Assembly: GCF_009914755.1 (NCBI RefSeq)
Contig: NC_060935.1
Direction: 5' to 3' (one strand)
Length of the DNA: 64,000 nt
DNA from: the human T2T-CHM13v2.0 reference genome, Homo sapiens
The notes under the pieces are model-generated. The model saw only the letters and a list, made by a program, of their open reading frames with translations. It did no database searches and was not told where the DNA came from. Shown one piece after another: positions 13,093-28,019 of the stretch (position 1 is the stretch's first letter; each line of letters begins with the position of its first letter). Made by a program: the position numbers and the translations under genes.

Positions 13093-16000
13093 ATTGAGTA
13101 TTTTTATTTATTTATATATGTTTTCTAAATTTATGCTTATAGTTTAATAAAAGTTATGCCTGTTTTGTGTTGACATGTGTTTAAATATATTTTATAATAA
13201 AAATAACACTGGTGGACTTAAGAGAATTTTTCTCCTTTAAAGAAGAAATATTTAATATTAATTAAGGGTGCTGTTGGCCCTTTAAAAACCATAGGGTTAA
13301 ACCTAACTCTTCCTTTTTCTGTGATATCCGTTTTCTGGCTCTTCTCTTCTACTTTTGCTTCCCACCAATTCACTTTTCAAAATTCCCACATGCCCTTTCT
13401 CCCTCTTACCCTTTTACTTCCTATACTTGCCAACCCTAGCAACTTCCTCACTCTATCATCATACACTAAAACAGAGGAAGAGAAGAGAAGAAAAAACAAA
13501 CCAGAGAATAAGGCAGGTTTTCCACAGCCCCCCAAGAACCCTCAAGTGAAGGTAAGAGACTCAGAAGTTACACAGACTAGGGTTCAAATGCTAATTTCAC
13601 CATTTATATACTGCCCATCAGAAACCGAGTAGACATTAAACAATTTTGACGCGTACTCTTCTTGTCAATAAAAATTTTAAGCGCTTAGCATATTACTTGC
13701 CAATAGCTCTGGGCTGGAGCATCCGTTTCCTCTGTTCACATACTTTAGAAGGTCTCACTCCGATCTTTCTCTGATAAGAACTCCTCCTCATCAGGTGAGG
13801 AGCTTGTAGGATCAAGGGGATGTGCCCATCTGGTGCCTAAGCACCACCTCATCAAGAGTTCGACCCTGCATCCTGCCCAAATTGTCCTGTTTCTAGACCC
13901 TAGATATGTGCCTAATTCATTTTTTAATGGTGGACCATCTCTGCGGGTGTGTGTACTCCTAAGTATCACAATGGGTTTCAAATGGTGTGGCTTAAAAGCA
14001 TGTGCTAAAGTGTCAATAGCTCTAAATGTGAGTCATGAGACAGTGCAGAAGAAATCTTCATGGGGAGGGAAGAAAACGAGGTGGTTCTTAGCCCAGGAGC
14101 TCAGGTCCCTTCTTCCTATGCTACCTCCTTATGGCTAGGAATTCTGAAGAGTCTGAAAGTTTACTCAGTTGAGTCTCACTTTGAACGTGGATTTGCAGGT
14201 TCATTTTGAAAAAATATTTGTTAAAGTAGGAGGATTAAATATATTCAGTGACGGTTTGTTAGCTTGTTTTAGAACTTTAAAATATTTGGTATATGACTTC
14301 CATTTGAACTTTTGTTTCAAGCCACATAAATGTTATGAATGAATCTCCCTGAGACATAGTAACTGTGTAAGTAGATGCTATTATTATTAATATCTTACAA
14401 GGTGATTGTATAGTCAATTAATAAGTATTTACAGGAAATTGTTAGCTTACAGCACTGTACAGGCACATTTGGGCAGTACAAAAGAAAGAGAAGAAACAGC
14501 ATAGGCTTTAGGGTATTTATGACCTCGCTGGATATTATAAATTATATACATAAGAAATTTAAGAATAATCTCAGAAGTGTTCAGAATTTTATGAAGCCAG
14601 TTCTCTGTAATGACTATGGAAAACAGTCTCAAATGAATTATGGTCACTGAGGTTCTATAAATCTATGTATACAATGCCATCCTTTCTTTGACTGATTAAA
14701 CTTTCTCATCTTTCAAAGGTTCTCAAGCTTGGCCTCCTAGGTAAAGCTTCTTGGTTGCCCTTCTCTGGAATCCTTGTACAGTCAAGGTCATCAACAAGAC
14801 TTTAGTTTTTATTTAGTCTTTAATCATTTCATGTTAATCAGTGTATGTTCCTAGGAGGACAGTATTTAAAAAGCAGAAATCTTATCTTGCCTTTCACTTA
14901 AATAATTTTCTTTAAATTGTCCCTTCCAACTTCTCCCACTTCCTCTTCTGCTCACTCTTCTTTACCACTCAAGCTTCATGAATTGCCATTTCATGAATCC
15001 GCTATTCTTGTACAATTCCATGTTAAGCTCCAAATTATGGCGTGTAATTTAGTATACATACACATACTCACCACATGTTTACACACACAAACTCCTGGGT
15101 CTCCTACTTGGTGGAGTACTTAGTAAAGAAGGGCTTTCATTAAATAAGAAAAAGAACTCTACATTCTTGTTCCAGTGAAGACAAGAATTGTTTGAGTAAA
15201 TATGAAGTTCTAAGGCAGGGAATTCTTTGAAGAGTAAGTAGCCACATTGTTGGAAGGAGCAGGAGGGAGGCATTGTTGGGAGTTAGGTTCAATGATACTC
15301 TATATCACATGGATCAGGCAAGGATCACTGTTTGACTAGTGCCTACTGGGATAGAGATGGAAGGCTGACTACTTAAGTTACATGCTCAGAGATGCTAAGA
15401 CCAATCTCCTGCCTCTGGCCTAGGATGTCTACAATTTATGTCAGTGTCTTTCACCACAGCACACCTGCTGAGACCCCTTGCGGATTCTGAGCCAGCTTAG
15501 TCCTGCTAGTGCCCTCACCAGGCAAAGGGGGCTCCACGGGGCAATGTCTGTCTCACTCATACTTGAATCCCTAGTACAAACTGGATTTTAATATTGTTTC
15601 CATTATTAACACACTGTATGACATTGGATAAGCCACTTACATATTCTCATCTAAAATTTAATTTAAATGAAGTTAAAATTTAATTGTAGAATTATTACAA
15701 AATTGTGTTTACTCAACTTATTTACATGATTTGCCTCATTTTAGAGAGGGTGTAAAATGACGTTTAAACATAACAGAATTTAAAATTAAAATATTAATAT
15801 TAGTTTAAATAAGGTTGTAAAAAATAAATAGAAGAAGAAAAGATATTAGTGGAACCACATTGATGCTATTTTAAAACAAAGCAATGGTTAGTTATTGAAT
15901 ACAAATATGATACTAGGCACCTCAGCAGTGGGAGAAAGATATAATCAGTAACCTGTTTCACTGTGATTTTATTATTTTTTAAAAAAGACCAAAAAGACCA

Positions 16001-17219
16001 ACGCAAATGACTCAAGAATCAAATAAGGTCATAAAAATATTTCTTCCATGGGTTCTGATAAAGATTAATACAATGGCAGAACACTACTGTAGACAGAGCA
16101 ATGATATCATAGCTTTGCTTTTCTTACCACCTACATCTATGACATCATTTCAAACTACAGTTCAATAAAGTAATTTTGGGGGCAGTGAGAAGCACACCAG
16201 TACCAAATTAAAAGGCAGATAGTTTTTTAGTTTTATTAGTTTTATTGTAAGGGGAGTTTCACAAAGTTTAAGGCAATCTTCCAAAAATATCTGTTTCTCT
16301 GAGGCAATATTTACTAGTTATTGGGTATTGACTAATGTGAAGTTATAGTTTGAATAAGTATTTTGGTCATGTATCAAGTTAAGAGCAGAGGTATGCACTA
16401 TAATAATCATCTGAGAATGGAGATTAAGTGACATCTTTGTATGAAATCTGAGAATCCAGATAGTTTATAACAACCTGTCAGTGCATGTAGGTGTTCACCA
16501 GGGCACCTACCACTTAGCAGACTTGCAGCAAATGGCTACTTTATTAATATTTTTGAATTTATGAATGTATTAATAGATATACTGTATCTATCAATATGTA
16601 TCATTTATTAACTGGTTGATTAGTTAGGAGTGAGCACAGAAAACAATGAAATTAACAGTGGGCTTCAGTCAGATTTTCTATGAGGAGAAAATATTAACTG
16701 TGAAATATTGACTCTTCAAATTGTTTAAATCATTAGCTTTATATACATTTTGTAGACTTCTATTTCAATGCAGAATGAAAATATGATCTTTAATATATTT
16801 ATGCCAGCAACAAATCATTATCCAAACTTATATGCAAATTCTACAACGAGCAGAGGGTCCACTAATATTGTGCCAAAGATGGTGATGAAGATGGAGAATT
16901 TAGTGAACCACCTACATGTTCTCAAACAGTTAGATGCTTGTTAAAGATGTGGATGCTTAAGTGCTACAAGTTTTTCCTCCCAATATTTCCCACGATGTTG
17001 TTGATATACTCATCAACAGCAAGAAATCTGGGAAAATCTAACACATCTTTGATAAGAGAAGGTGTAATCCATTTAACAAGTATTTACTGAGTAACAATGA
17101 TAAATAGTAATTGTATCAATAATAACAGAACCTGCCATTTGTTGAGTTCTCACCATATGCCAGACTGTCATTTTTGTCATAAAAATGTATGATGCATATG
17201 AAAACAGCATAAACAGAGA

Positions 17220-17554
17220 TAGTAGTTGCCACTTATCCACAGTTTTGTATTCCATGGTGTCAGTTACGTACAGTCAACTCTGGTCAGAAAATAGATGAGT
17301 ACAATATAGTAAGACATTTTGTGAGAAAGCAATACTATGTTCACATAATTTTTATTAGGGTATATTATTATAATTGTTCTATTTTATTAATAATTGTTCA
17401 TCTCTTACTGTGCATAATTTATAAATTAAACTTTATCACAAGTATGTATGTATGCATAGCTGGAAAAAAAAAACATAGTCTATTCAGGTACTGTCTACAG
17501 TTTTGGGCATCCATTGGGGGTTTTGAGCATATCCCCTGTGGCTAAGGACTACTG
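17220..17554 (+). mobile_element. MER44A (TcMar-Tigger)
   Basis: agtagttgccacttatccacag start and ggactactg-TA end. Confidence 0.85.
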
Positions 17555-17559
17555 TACAT

Positions 17560-17990
17560 ACAATTTTTTTCATTATAAAATGAGTTTCTATGTACCAACC
17601 AACCAGCTTAAGAAATGTATTAATACAGCTGACTCTGAAGCATCTTGTGTACCATAACTAATCAAATCACACTCCTTCACCCCACAATATTTTTTGTTAA
17701 TCATTCCTTTGCTTTTCTTGTACTAGTTACATATATATATATATATACCCCTAAATAATACTTTCTAATTTTGTCTGTTTCTGAACTTTATGTAAATAGA
17801 ATCACCTTATATATTGTCTTCTCTTTTGTCAATTCATCCATTTTATGGTCTATATGGGTAATTCATTCATTTTTACCACTACATAGTATCCATTGTATTA
17901 ATAAGTCACAAAGTACATACATTTATGTTGTTTCTAGTTTTTGCAATTATGAACAATAATGCTATAAGCAATATAGCTTAAGCATGTTCT
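17560..17990 (-). mobile_element. Old L1M(E) 3' fragment
   Basis: tgaactttatgtaaatagaatc...tagtatccattgtat...tttctagtttttgcaattatgaacaataatgct. Confidence 0.7.
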
Positions 17991-18969
17991 GTTAATTCAA
18001 CAGTTATTAAATGAACCTAGAGAAAGGGCATGGCCTTGTTTCTCTCCTATTCTCCCAAGTAATTTCCTAGAGATTAAAATAATATTTATACTCTTCTCTT
18101 CAACCATGAATCTATCCTGGTATCTGGCAACCATGATCATTTTTTCCAAGAACTCACTTATCATATATCTTTCTAGAGTGAACAGCATTCTACTGAAGAT
18201 ACTCATCAAATATATTCCTAGAATTTCTAGGAGACTATAAAGATTAAATTCTTCTGTGACTTTCTTAAAAAGACTAAATAAAAATTAGATGCTGAGTTTT
18301 AAGGAAAATATCTGTATCTCAATTACATAGTGTTTCCTAAATCGAGGCTTTGGGAAGCAGGAGTCTTATGATTTTATAACTTCTTTAGAGTAAAGCATTT
18401 AAGGTAATTTAACACTTACTGGATCTGGCCGTGTAAAAAATATTGGGTAAAATGGTCCAGAGATAATATGGAACACATAGTTTCTACCCACATGAACTAT
18501 TATTGTTGGAAAAATACATAAGCTCCTATAAAAAAGACTGAAGTCTATTTCAAATTAACTGTGCTTTTCTACCCTGAAGACAGCAAACTTGATGGTAGGT
18601 AAGTTTGAGATGGATCTTTACAATTCCCTAAATAACTCAGTGTGAAAAATAATTTTAAGTTGAAAATATGGCTTCACTTTGCAAAGATATAACAATAAAA
18701 ATGGTCACTTTATATAATTAAAATGTACTTTTTTCCTACTCAGTTTTTACATGACTTTGTTAAATAAGCTAAGTTTGTATTAGTTGAGCACAGAGCTAGG
18801 TGGGAGAGTAAAAAATTTCTAATCAGCTGTAATACTTCACTAATTTATTAAACAAAAATAGTCATTTTGCTTGAATAGTATCTTCATGTTTTTGCTTTAT
18901 TGGTTTCTTTCCTTGTTCTAAAATATCAAATCTACCCAATCCCCAAAGACTTTTATAAACCATGCTTTT

Positions 18970-19646
18970 TTCGTTAGCTACCATCCTATCAATCTCCTTC
19001 CCTCTACCACTTTCTTGAAAGAGTACTCAAAGCCTCCTGCATTATCTTCATCATACAATTTCATTTCTTACTTCATGTGAGAGTAAACTAGCTTCTGTCC
19101 TTTCCCTTCTACTGCAAATGTTCTTTGACATTAGAAAACCAAATGCCAAATTTAGAATTATTTCTGTTACTATCCCACTTAATATTTCTGGAAAATGTGC
19201 CACAATTTCTTATCCTTTCCTAGAAGCTCTTTTTTTGGCTTCCATTCCCAAGTATACCAAGATCCTCTCTCCCCTCCACTGTTCTAAACTACATGGCATA
19301 CCCTCTTCCTAGAATGCTTTTTCTTACCTTACCTGCCTTTTCTTCTAAAAAACTATCTAGCTATCTTCCATGGCCCAGCTTAAAACATCACTTCCTTCCT
19401 CTGTATGTTCCCCTCCCCAGCAAAGATTCAGATTGAATTTAGTCATTTGTGTAGTAAGCTCTGTATATCTCTATTACAGCTATTATTACACTTTATAACA
19501 ATTATTCATTCATATGCCTACCTCTATGTACTAAACTGTAAAATTCCTTGAAAGGTGAGATTGAATTTTATTCATTTTTGTATTCCCAGTGCTTGTGCAG
19601 AAGCTACATGGTGGGAAATCACAAATTTTTGTGAATGAGTGAGTGA
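18970..19646 (+). mobile_element. L2 fragments with 3' end
   Basis: CT-rich body ending tgtattcccagtgct...tgtgaatgagtgagtga. Confidence 0.7.
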
Positions 19647-22600
19647 CTTAAAATAGGCTTCAATTCCGGCCAACAGAATAGATCACTAAATAATCTTCTA
19701 TAAAGAGAATTAAATAAATAAAACTGATATTTCACTGAACAGAGAAAACATCAAAACCTATGAAAAATGTATCAAAGAATGTGTGATGGTTCTTCAGATA
19801 CAAAACCCCCTCTAGTGTCATGCTTCCCCACTCTGATGAAATTACAATAGATTTGAGGAAGGTTTGCTGAAGGCAAAGTTTGATCTGCTATGGTTGACCT
19901 AAAGAAAATCTAATTGTGTAGCAAATGTCAAATCTGAGTCACTGCCACAATTATTTCAACACTGTTGCCTCCTAGCTAGCCCACATGACTAAATTAAAAG
20001 ACAAAGAACTAAAAATGTTGGTAATCTCACTTGCATCTAGCAATTACTGGGGCCCAAGGGACCTCACCGTGCAACAAATGTTGGTAACATCCAAAAACAC
20101 GTAACATTTTTCTTCCATAACTTCTCTTCTTCCCGCCACCTCTGCTATCTGCTTCTGCTTAAGGACAGTTTGGAAGCACCAATATTATTGGTTTATATAA
20201 ACCATTATATTACATAAATGTCAATTTTAAATAAAGCTACCCCATAATCTATTCCAATTCCCCTAGAAATGGCAGTGAGCAAAAGAGAAGCAGGGAGCAT
20301 CTTCACCACTCAGAGATACATTTACATAAAGAATTGTCTGTGTGTGCTACAAGGTAAAGCTATGCATTAGCTGTTTCCTTTAAGCATCACCTTGGGAAAA
20401 TATATTCTGAACCAGATTTTTCCAATGCTTAAACTTCTCTCTGGGAAGACACAGGCCCTTCTGGAGGCTGCAATAACTGAGTAAGACCACTGGGGTACCA
20501 TTTGGTAAACTGCAGCTTCAGTGCACTCAATAGTACCTTAGTGGCCTGAAAGAGTTAATGCAGCATCTAGTGGTACATGACTTAATTCCTTGGGAATTAT
20601 TTCCAGGCTGAGAGAATTTGCCTTAGATCATTAAGAATATTTCCTCTGACCTTCAGTATCTTACATATGATGGCTGGTGGTAAGAAATGCTCTCACCTAA
20701 TTTGTAGGACAAATAGATTTGATTAATGATTTGAATATTTTGTCAGAGGCAATACTGAATACATTACTGAAACTTTTCTTTCTGGTAAGCAACACCTTTC
20801 TAAATTATTTTTCTTAAATCATTTTACTTATCAAGAACATAGATGTGAATTTTAAAATCAAGGATTGTAGGTAAAACCTAACTTAAATAAAACAGCTCTA
20901 TTCTTAGCAAATTAATTAGGTAATATAGACATTAATTGAACCCACAAATATTCTGTACTATATTATGTGTTAAACTCTAACAGGCACTGGGAATACAATC
21001 GCAAATAAGCATCCTTGTCTTCAAGATACTTTTACTCTTTTGGGGGAATGAAAAGTAACTAGAGAATCACATTCTTCTATAAAAGGGATATATCCTTCAG
21101 CATACTTTAACAATGTGAAAATCTCTATTAGTCAACTATTTTAATATCATAAAGCTTAGTAGTTAAAATATAAAGAAATCAAATTTAGATATCACTGTAT
21201 ACATGCAGAGTACTACATTTGGTGGTTATTTTCATAATAAGAAACAACATTATGTTCATGCATAACTGGATCATTGAAGATAGAACTAAATGAAATTAGC
21301 TCTTCAATTCACTTTTCACACATTTAAAAATGATCTTCTGCAACAGAAATGAAAATATATTTCTTGGGAGTTTTATTCCTTTTTCTATTTACCAAGCTTC
21401 TGATCTACATAGGTTACGTAAGGTTTTAAATAATACATTATTTTAACCCTTGAGATCAAAATGTCAACCTCAGTATTAATTTTCAGTACACAATATGCAA
21501 GGCCATTGAGGATCATTATAAGAATTTATTATAATTCTCTAAAGTTCATGTTTTTCCTTCCAGCCTTTCTTTTATTCTTCTTTTCCTCTTTCAGATACTT
21601 AGCGAGTCCATATGTAAATTAGCTAACAAAATAAAAGGTAGAATAAAATGTTTTTAATGTAAAAGAAAAAGCAATTAATAGACATTTAAAAATCCATTTA
21701 AAAGCGAAGACATACCCTCTGACACCATGTTTTCAGCTTACTAGAAAAGATCCCCAACAATAGCCATAATATATATTTCCACATGATAAATGCTATGAGA
21801 AATTACAACAATCTTCAGTGGGAGCAACTAGAGTAGTAGTCATTGAGAATCTTCTTTTAGTAAGCCCAAGGCTTCAGGAGGGTCACAGGCTGAGAAGGAA
21901 GGGATGAGGAATTTAATGAAACTGAGAGCTAGGTCTCCGCAATATATCCTGACAATCAGTGGGATAAGAGATGCCATAGCCAAGTTACTCACGCACTTTA
22001 CTAAAGAGATAAGTTGGTTTTGAGCCCTGATACCACACATTCAATATTCAATCAGGAATTTTCCACGTAGTTCCCTCTTCTTGAGACTTAGAAAAATGAA
22101 TATCCTTCAAAATTAAACATTTGGTGAAAGTTAATTAATCTTAAACTCTGTTACTCCATTAACTAGAATAAATCTTTAAAATCAAACTTCTTTCAGAATA
22201 AGAGAGTTAACTATAATTTTATATTTAGATACTCCCTTATATTAATAATGTGTTTTAACAGCTTAAAATGTTGTTATAGGGTCATTTGATTTATACAGCA
22301 GACCAGTAATTTAGCTATTACTCACATTTTGCAGATGAAGTAACTGACATTCATGAAAATCTAGTTTGACATCAACAATTATCAAAAGTAGAAAACAAAC
22401 TCTTAATATATTTGAATCCAAATTCTATAGCCATTTCTATTGTACCACACAGTTTACTAAACATTTTCTTAGTGTTGAATTAAGGGGGGAAAAAAAGGAA
22501 GGCTGAGTTTGCAACACTAAATTCAAAATATAGGAATTCTGGAAATATTTTGGGAGATAAACATATAGGTTATAATAAGAAATTATTTAATTTTCTTCCT

Positions 22601-23129
22601 ATTGCCCTAATAAAAATATCTCCAGTACTACAAATTCAAAAAAAACTACGTACAAATGTTAAGCTAACCTTGTTAATGAAAATCTCTTGGGCTTTCTTGG
22701 AAGGCAATTTTGTAAAATTCTTGAATGGAAATCTGGACGCAGGCCTTGTTTCTCCAGCACTCCATGGGAGATGACTCAGTGGCAACATACTTGCTTACAG
22801 TTACTACAAATTCCCAGATGGCAAATCCATGGCTACAGTTGGAACCTGCAAAACTAAGAACTCTGGCTCTTGTTTAGTCTTACAAAGGCTTCTTTTACCT
22901 TAGCATTTGAAATGTTTTTATAAAGAATCTGCTTACAGATTTTCACAATGCCTCTGAGGTTAAAATGGCAATTATTCTTCTGCTTCAATGCATCATGTGG
23001 TAGCACTTATCTCTATCCCCTTATAGAAGCCGAAAATCTTAATAATAATACCTTATATCTAAAAAGTGCATTATCACTCAAAGTGCTTTCAGATATAGAT
23101 CTGATCTTCACAACATCTCTCCCCACAAT

Positions 23130-24160
23130 GGTGGTATCCCCCAGGGTTCTGTCCGTAGCTATTCTCCTTTCACTTTTCACAGTTGCCCTGGGAAATGTTA
23201 TCCACACCTGTGATTTCAACTGCCACTTACATAGTGATGATGGCCAGATGTCTATTTCCAGCTTGCTATTCACACCAGAGATGCAGACTGGCATGTATAG
23301 CTGTCCACTGAATGCCTCTCAGGGCTTACCCATAGTACTCAACACGTGTAAACTGTTATTTTCTTCTCCAGGTCTGTGCTGAAATTCTCTAGGATAGCTA
23401 ATAACACCATAATCTTTTCCGCTATCCAAGCTGAATGTATGAGTCTCAGCTTCTCCCTCTCTGCCACTCCCGTAACTCACATAATAGCTCACAGTTATTG
23501 TCTTACTTTTACTCCCCTAAATCTTTCTTCATTAGGGTTCTTTCTTCCTTTTCCCAAGTTATTTTCATAGGTCAAGCCTTTACCTTTTCTTTTCTGAAGC
23601 ATTACAAAAGCTTCTTAACTCTTTTCATCATTTCCTCTCTGATTCCATACTTCCAACTCTCCTGTGAAAATGGTCTTCCTAAAAGCACAAATCTGGTCAG
23701 AACACTCCTCTATTTCAAGACATAAGAAAAATTAAACTGGTGATACTATAAAACATACAAGAGAATGAATTCTAAACCTTTAGCGAATACAAAGACCTTC
23801 ACAAGATTACTCCAAATTATTTCTTCCCTTCTTTACTCTCTGAACACAGTAGACATATATGCTATTTCCTAAACAAGATCAGCATCTTTCACCACTTTCA
23901 TGCCTTATGTTTTAACTAACAGATATCTCCTACCTCCTACTAATTCTTTAAGAGTTGAAAATTTCCCCAACACCCCTTTGCGTAGTAAGCTAAGGCCCCA
24001 CCATTCCTATAGAGTATGCTTACATCATCATAATGATATAAGCACATAGGTACCAGTATGCCCTTAAGAATATAAGCTACTCAGGGGCAGGAATCTTTCT
24101 TACTCATCTTCATATCCCTGATAGTTGGCATTGTTCACAAACTTAGTTGAATCAAGTAAT
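23130..24160 (+). mobile_element. L2 with decayed reverse-transcriptase region
   Basis: ggtatcccccagggttctgtc (G-x-PQGSV). ORF 22948-23382 contains LGNVIHTCDFNCHLHSDDGQMSISS, a degenerate HLYADD motif; L2 tail near 24060-24155. Confidence 0.85.
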
Positions 24161-24469
24161 GTACACATATAGTGTTATCTCCATTTCATAGATGTTTCAA
24201 AAAGTCATATTATCATACAGGTAAAGCTAGAGTCAAGTTGCCGAATATAATTTCCCTCAACTACAAAATTAGGATAGTTGTGCAGTTCTTTCTCTACTTC
24301 AAAAAGTTTTAGTAAGAATAAAATTTTAGAGAGTATTAAAAGTAAAAGGAGCCACAATACATAGAAATGTTTTTTGGTTCATTGAGATTCATAGCCAATA
24401 ATGATTAAAGGCAAGTTACATCCACCTCAGAAAAATTATTTTCAACAGGTGATAAAAATCATTATTATT

Positions 24470-24790
24470 CTTAATATGTAAAAAAGTTTTACAGATAAAT
24501 GAAAAAATTTCCAGTTTTTTCAATAACATGATGTGAAAGGCAATTTACAAATGGAGAAATACAAATGACTATAGGCTTATGCAATGTTCAACATTATTGA
24601 GAACGTAAGAAGTGAATCAACACTGAGATAAAACTTTTAACCAAACTGACAAAGATTACCATAACAAAAGTACTCAGTTTTAACAATAATTCTTTAAAAT
24701 TGGCATCATATACCCTTGATAAGAGTATAGAAATCTTCTAGCAGAGCAACTAGACCCATACGCACCAAGTCTTAAAATGTCACACCATTT
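24470..24790 (+). mobile_element. Old L1M ORF2 fragment
   Basis: aaggcaatttacaaatggagaaatacaaatgact...gagataaaac. Confidence 0.55.
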
Positions 24791-25503
24791 CCTCTGGAAC
24801 ATAATGGTGCAACAAATTCTATCTATATTCTACCTACTGTGTAATGATACACTTCCTTTTCTTCAAGATCACATTTTCTTAAATTTCATTTTAATTGCAA
24901 TTATATCCCTTTGTTTGTCTAATTACATTGTCAGATGCATCATGAACAAAATAATATTCCAAAAACTTCATAATGTTGCTTTTCCACTCTGAAAGCTCAC
25001 CTCGATATTCATGATATGGCCTCCGTTTACTTTTTCAGATCTTATTTTTTAACTAAATCAGACTATACTGTTTCCTAAATGTTTTCTATGCTTTCCTACT
25101 GTCACACATTGCCGTTCGCTACTTCTTTTGCTAGAAATGGCTTTTCTGCTGCCCATAACTGAGGGTTTGAATCCCATTTGTCCTTTAAGTCCAGCTATTG
25201 AAACTATTTCCGTCATTTAGTTTTTCCTGATCTGTAAAATGTAGATAATAAACCAATCTTAAATGGTCATTGTGAAGTTTTAATAAAACAGTGTCTAATA
25301 CACACAAAAAAGGCAAAATAAACATTTATGGAACCAAGTTCCTCCCCATTTCCCTGCCAAGGCCCTGCCAAAGTCTGAATACACCACAATTTCTTACATT
25401 TTCACGGTGCAAATAATGGAGAAATTTACTTTAATGAGCACACTGATGTTTATTAGGCTCATTGTAATGTATATCTCTATAAAGCCAACTGGCTTGACCT
25501 GAA

Positions 25504-25760
25504 TTTTTTGTTTTGTTTTTTGAGACAGAGTCTCGCTCTGTCGCCCAGGCTAGAGTGCAGTGGTGCTATCTTAGCCTCCCAAGTAGCTTGGATTATAGGC
25601 GTGCACCACCATGCCCAGTTAATTGTTGTATTTTATTTTATTTTTAGTAGACACAGGATTTTACCATGTTGGTCAGGCTGGCCTTGAACTCCTGGCTTCA
25701 GTGACTCTCCCATCTCAGCCTCCCAAAGTGCTGGGATTACAGGCATGGGCCACTGCGCCC
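25504..25760 (-). mobile_element. Alu (J/old S) with an internal deletion in the right arm
   Basis: Dimeric Alu lacking about 45 nt after gtggtgctatct; 14-bp TSD TGACCTGAATTTTT at 25495-25508 and 25775-25788. Confidence 0.93.
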
Positions 25761-26069
25761 TAAAAATTCAGGCGTGACCTGAATTTTTAATTGTTTAGAA
25801 AAACATCTGGAAGTTTTTCTATCGGTTTACATATCTGTGTACAAGTTCTTCTTTTTCTACTTCTTTAGTCTCTCCTCCAATGTTAAATACTTTTCAAAAC
25901 TCAAAGAATTTTGTAAAATCTAATATCCGAATGAAGTATCCAATGCTTTCTCTCTCTGCCATTAAAAGACAGCCCCCAATAGACTCTATGACTTAACACA
26001 ATACACTTCTGAGATATTTTAATTTGGAATTCAAAAAGATTGGTAATAAAATAGATTTTCTCTTTTTTT

Positions 26070-26500
26070 CTGCATTTTAAAACCTTTTGTATTGTAAAAT
26101 AAAACAGACACAGATAACCACAGGAAATGTATGATTTGATGAATTATTTAAGCACAAACTCCTGTAACCACCACTCACGTCAATAAATGGAACTTTGCCA
26201 GCCACCACAGAAGTCTCCATGTGCCTCAGGCCAATCAAACACCCTCCTTTCCTTCAAAAGTAAGCATGGGCTGACTTCTATAATAATCCATTTCTTGTAT
26301 TTTTTATAGTCTATTCCTGAACACTATAGCTTAGTTTTCTATGTCTCTTAAACTTTACAGGTTTTTACTGCATCTCTTTCTTTTTCTTATTATTAATCTG
26401 TTGAAAAGCCTGAGCCATTTGACCTTTAGACTTCCCCAAAGTCTGGATTTTGTTGATTGCATACACATGGTACAGTTTAACATGTTCCTAAAATTGGTTT
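26070..26500 (-). mobile_element. Old L1MC/ME 3' fragments
   Basis: tgtaaccaccactcacgtcaataaatggaactttgccag; agtctggattttgttgattgcat. Confidence 0.6.
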
Positions 26501-26958
26501 TTAGTACCACTTCCAGATTGTCTAAAGTATAAGCAAATCACACCAATGATTAAAAATGCCTTGTATAAACCTCATCTGGCAGTTAAAGCCTAGTTTAAAC
26601 TAAGATTCCTAGTTTAGCAAATTCAGCACAAATAATTGCTCTAATGGAGTAACATGGCATAGCTAGAATATATGATCAGTCAAATATAATTTTAAATATT
26701 TACCTTAGGAATACACTCTATAATTTTTATTTTCTTGAACAACAGAGTTAAGTTCCCTTTTTTCCTTTTTTTTTTATCTTTATCTTGAACTAATATAAAA
26801 ACAAGTTTTGGTTTTTTTGTTTTTTTTTTTTTACATCCCTAAAAAATTAACTTTTAACATACACCAAAATACAGCAGGTGAGGTATGGGCACATGTGTGT
26901 GACAGGGAAAAAAGTACTCGATGACTTGACCTGTGTTGTCCATTACCCACAGCAAGGC

Positions 26959-26960
<2 letters not shown>

Positions 26961-26992
<32 letters not shown>

Positions 26993-26996
26993 AGAG
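26961..26996. repeat. (AC)14(AG)4 microsatellite
   Basis: Counted directly. Confidence 0.95.
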
Positions 26997-28019
26997 CCAA
27001 GGGGTGGCAATAATTAGTGTGCTTTAAGTCAGGGAAGACGGGATGATGGATATATTATCAAATAAAAACATATGAGACAGGAGACATGATAATTTGGAGA
27101 CAATTAACTGACAGCTTATTAAAAAAAACAAAAAAGCTTGCCTCCTTCTACCATTTATGACGCCCATAACTCCTAAGGATATAATGTAGGTAAAACTGAT
27201 ATGGTTCCTACCACCATGGAATTTGAAGTCTATCAGGGAGGCATGTCGTAATCAAATAATCAAAGAAATACACATATTTTAGCAAAGTGTGGGCAGGGGG
27301 AAAAAAATGGAAATAGTGAGGCCAAGGGACTAGGGCTAGGATTTATCCATATTCAAATTATCTCCTATCCTGACATAGCTGCATAGAAAGAGAGAAAAGA
27401 ACTGAATCCAAGGCATGGAAAGCTAAAAAATTCATTCCCTTCTTCTTTAAACTGTTGTAGATGTTTAATGCTAAAATGAGGGTATCAGTATACACAGGTT
27501 TTATAATCAATTTTCTGGGGAAATGGAGCCATTTCTAAATCCCACCTTGAGAAAGCCAAAAGGCCAAAAGGAGTATATTCTTAACACAAATTTCAAAATA
27601 GAATTTTTAAAACCCAAAAGGAATGAAAGCTGAATTTGTTTTCATGAGAGACTAACTGCTAACTGGAGATGTGGCATTTAAGGCATACACCATGGAAATG
27701 AGACTGCATGAATCATGGCTTCTTCAGGCCTACTCAATCCGCCCCTGACTGACAAGTCCGACTTCATTTATTTAGAGAGGGTCCCTTTGATGAGGCAATT
27801 CAACATATGACTAACTGGGAGATTAAGAAAGAGTGAAGGAATGATATTTCCAAAACATGACAGCATTTTCCAAGTATGAGTGATTGAGAAAAAATATATA
27901 TGTAAAGAAAGAGAAAGTTGAGGGTTTTGTTTACTATTTTAATGAAATTGAATAACAAGAATAGAATAGGAAGATTCAGGACATCAAAGGGAGTCTGTGA
28001 GAGTTTTCCCAACAACAGT

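Noticed and set aside
20560-20576. CTCF-like CCACTAGATGCTGC
   Set aside because: Mismatches at core GGC positions.
22948-23382. 144-aa ORF, the longest in the window
   Set aside because: Read-through of a decayed L2 reverse transcriptase with a degenerate catalytic motif (HSDD).
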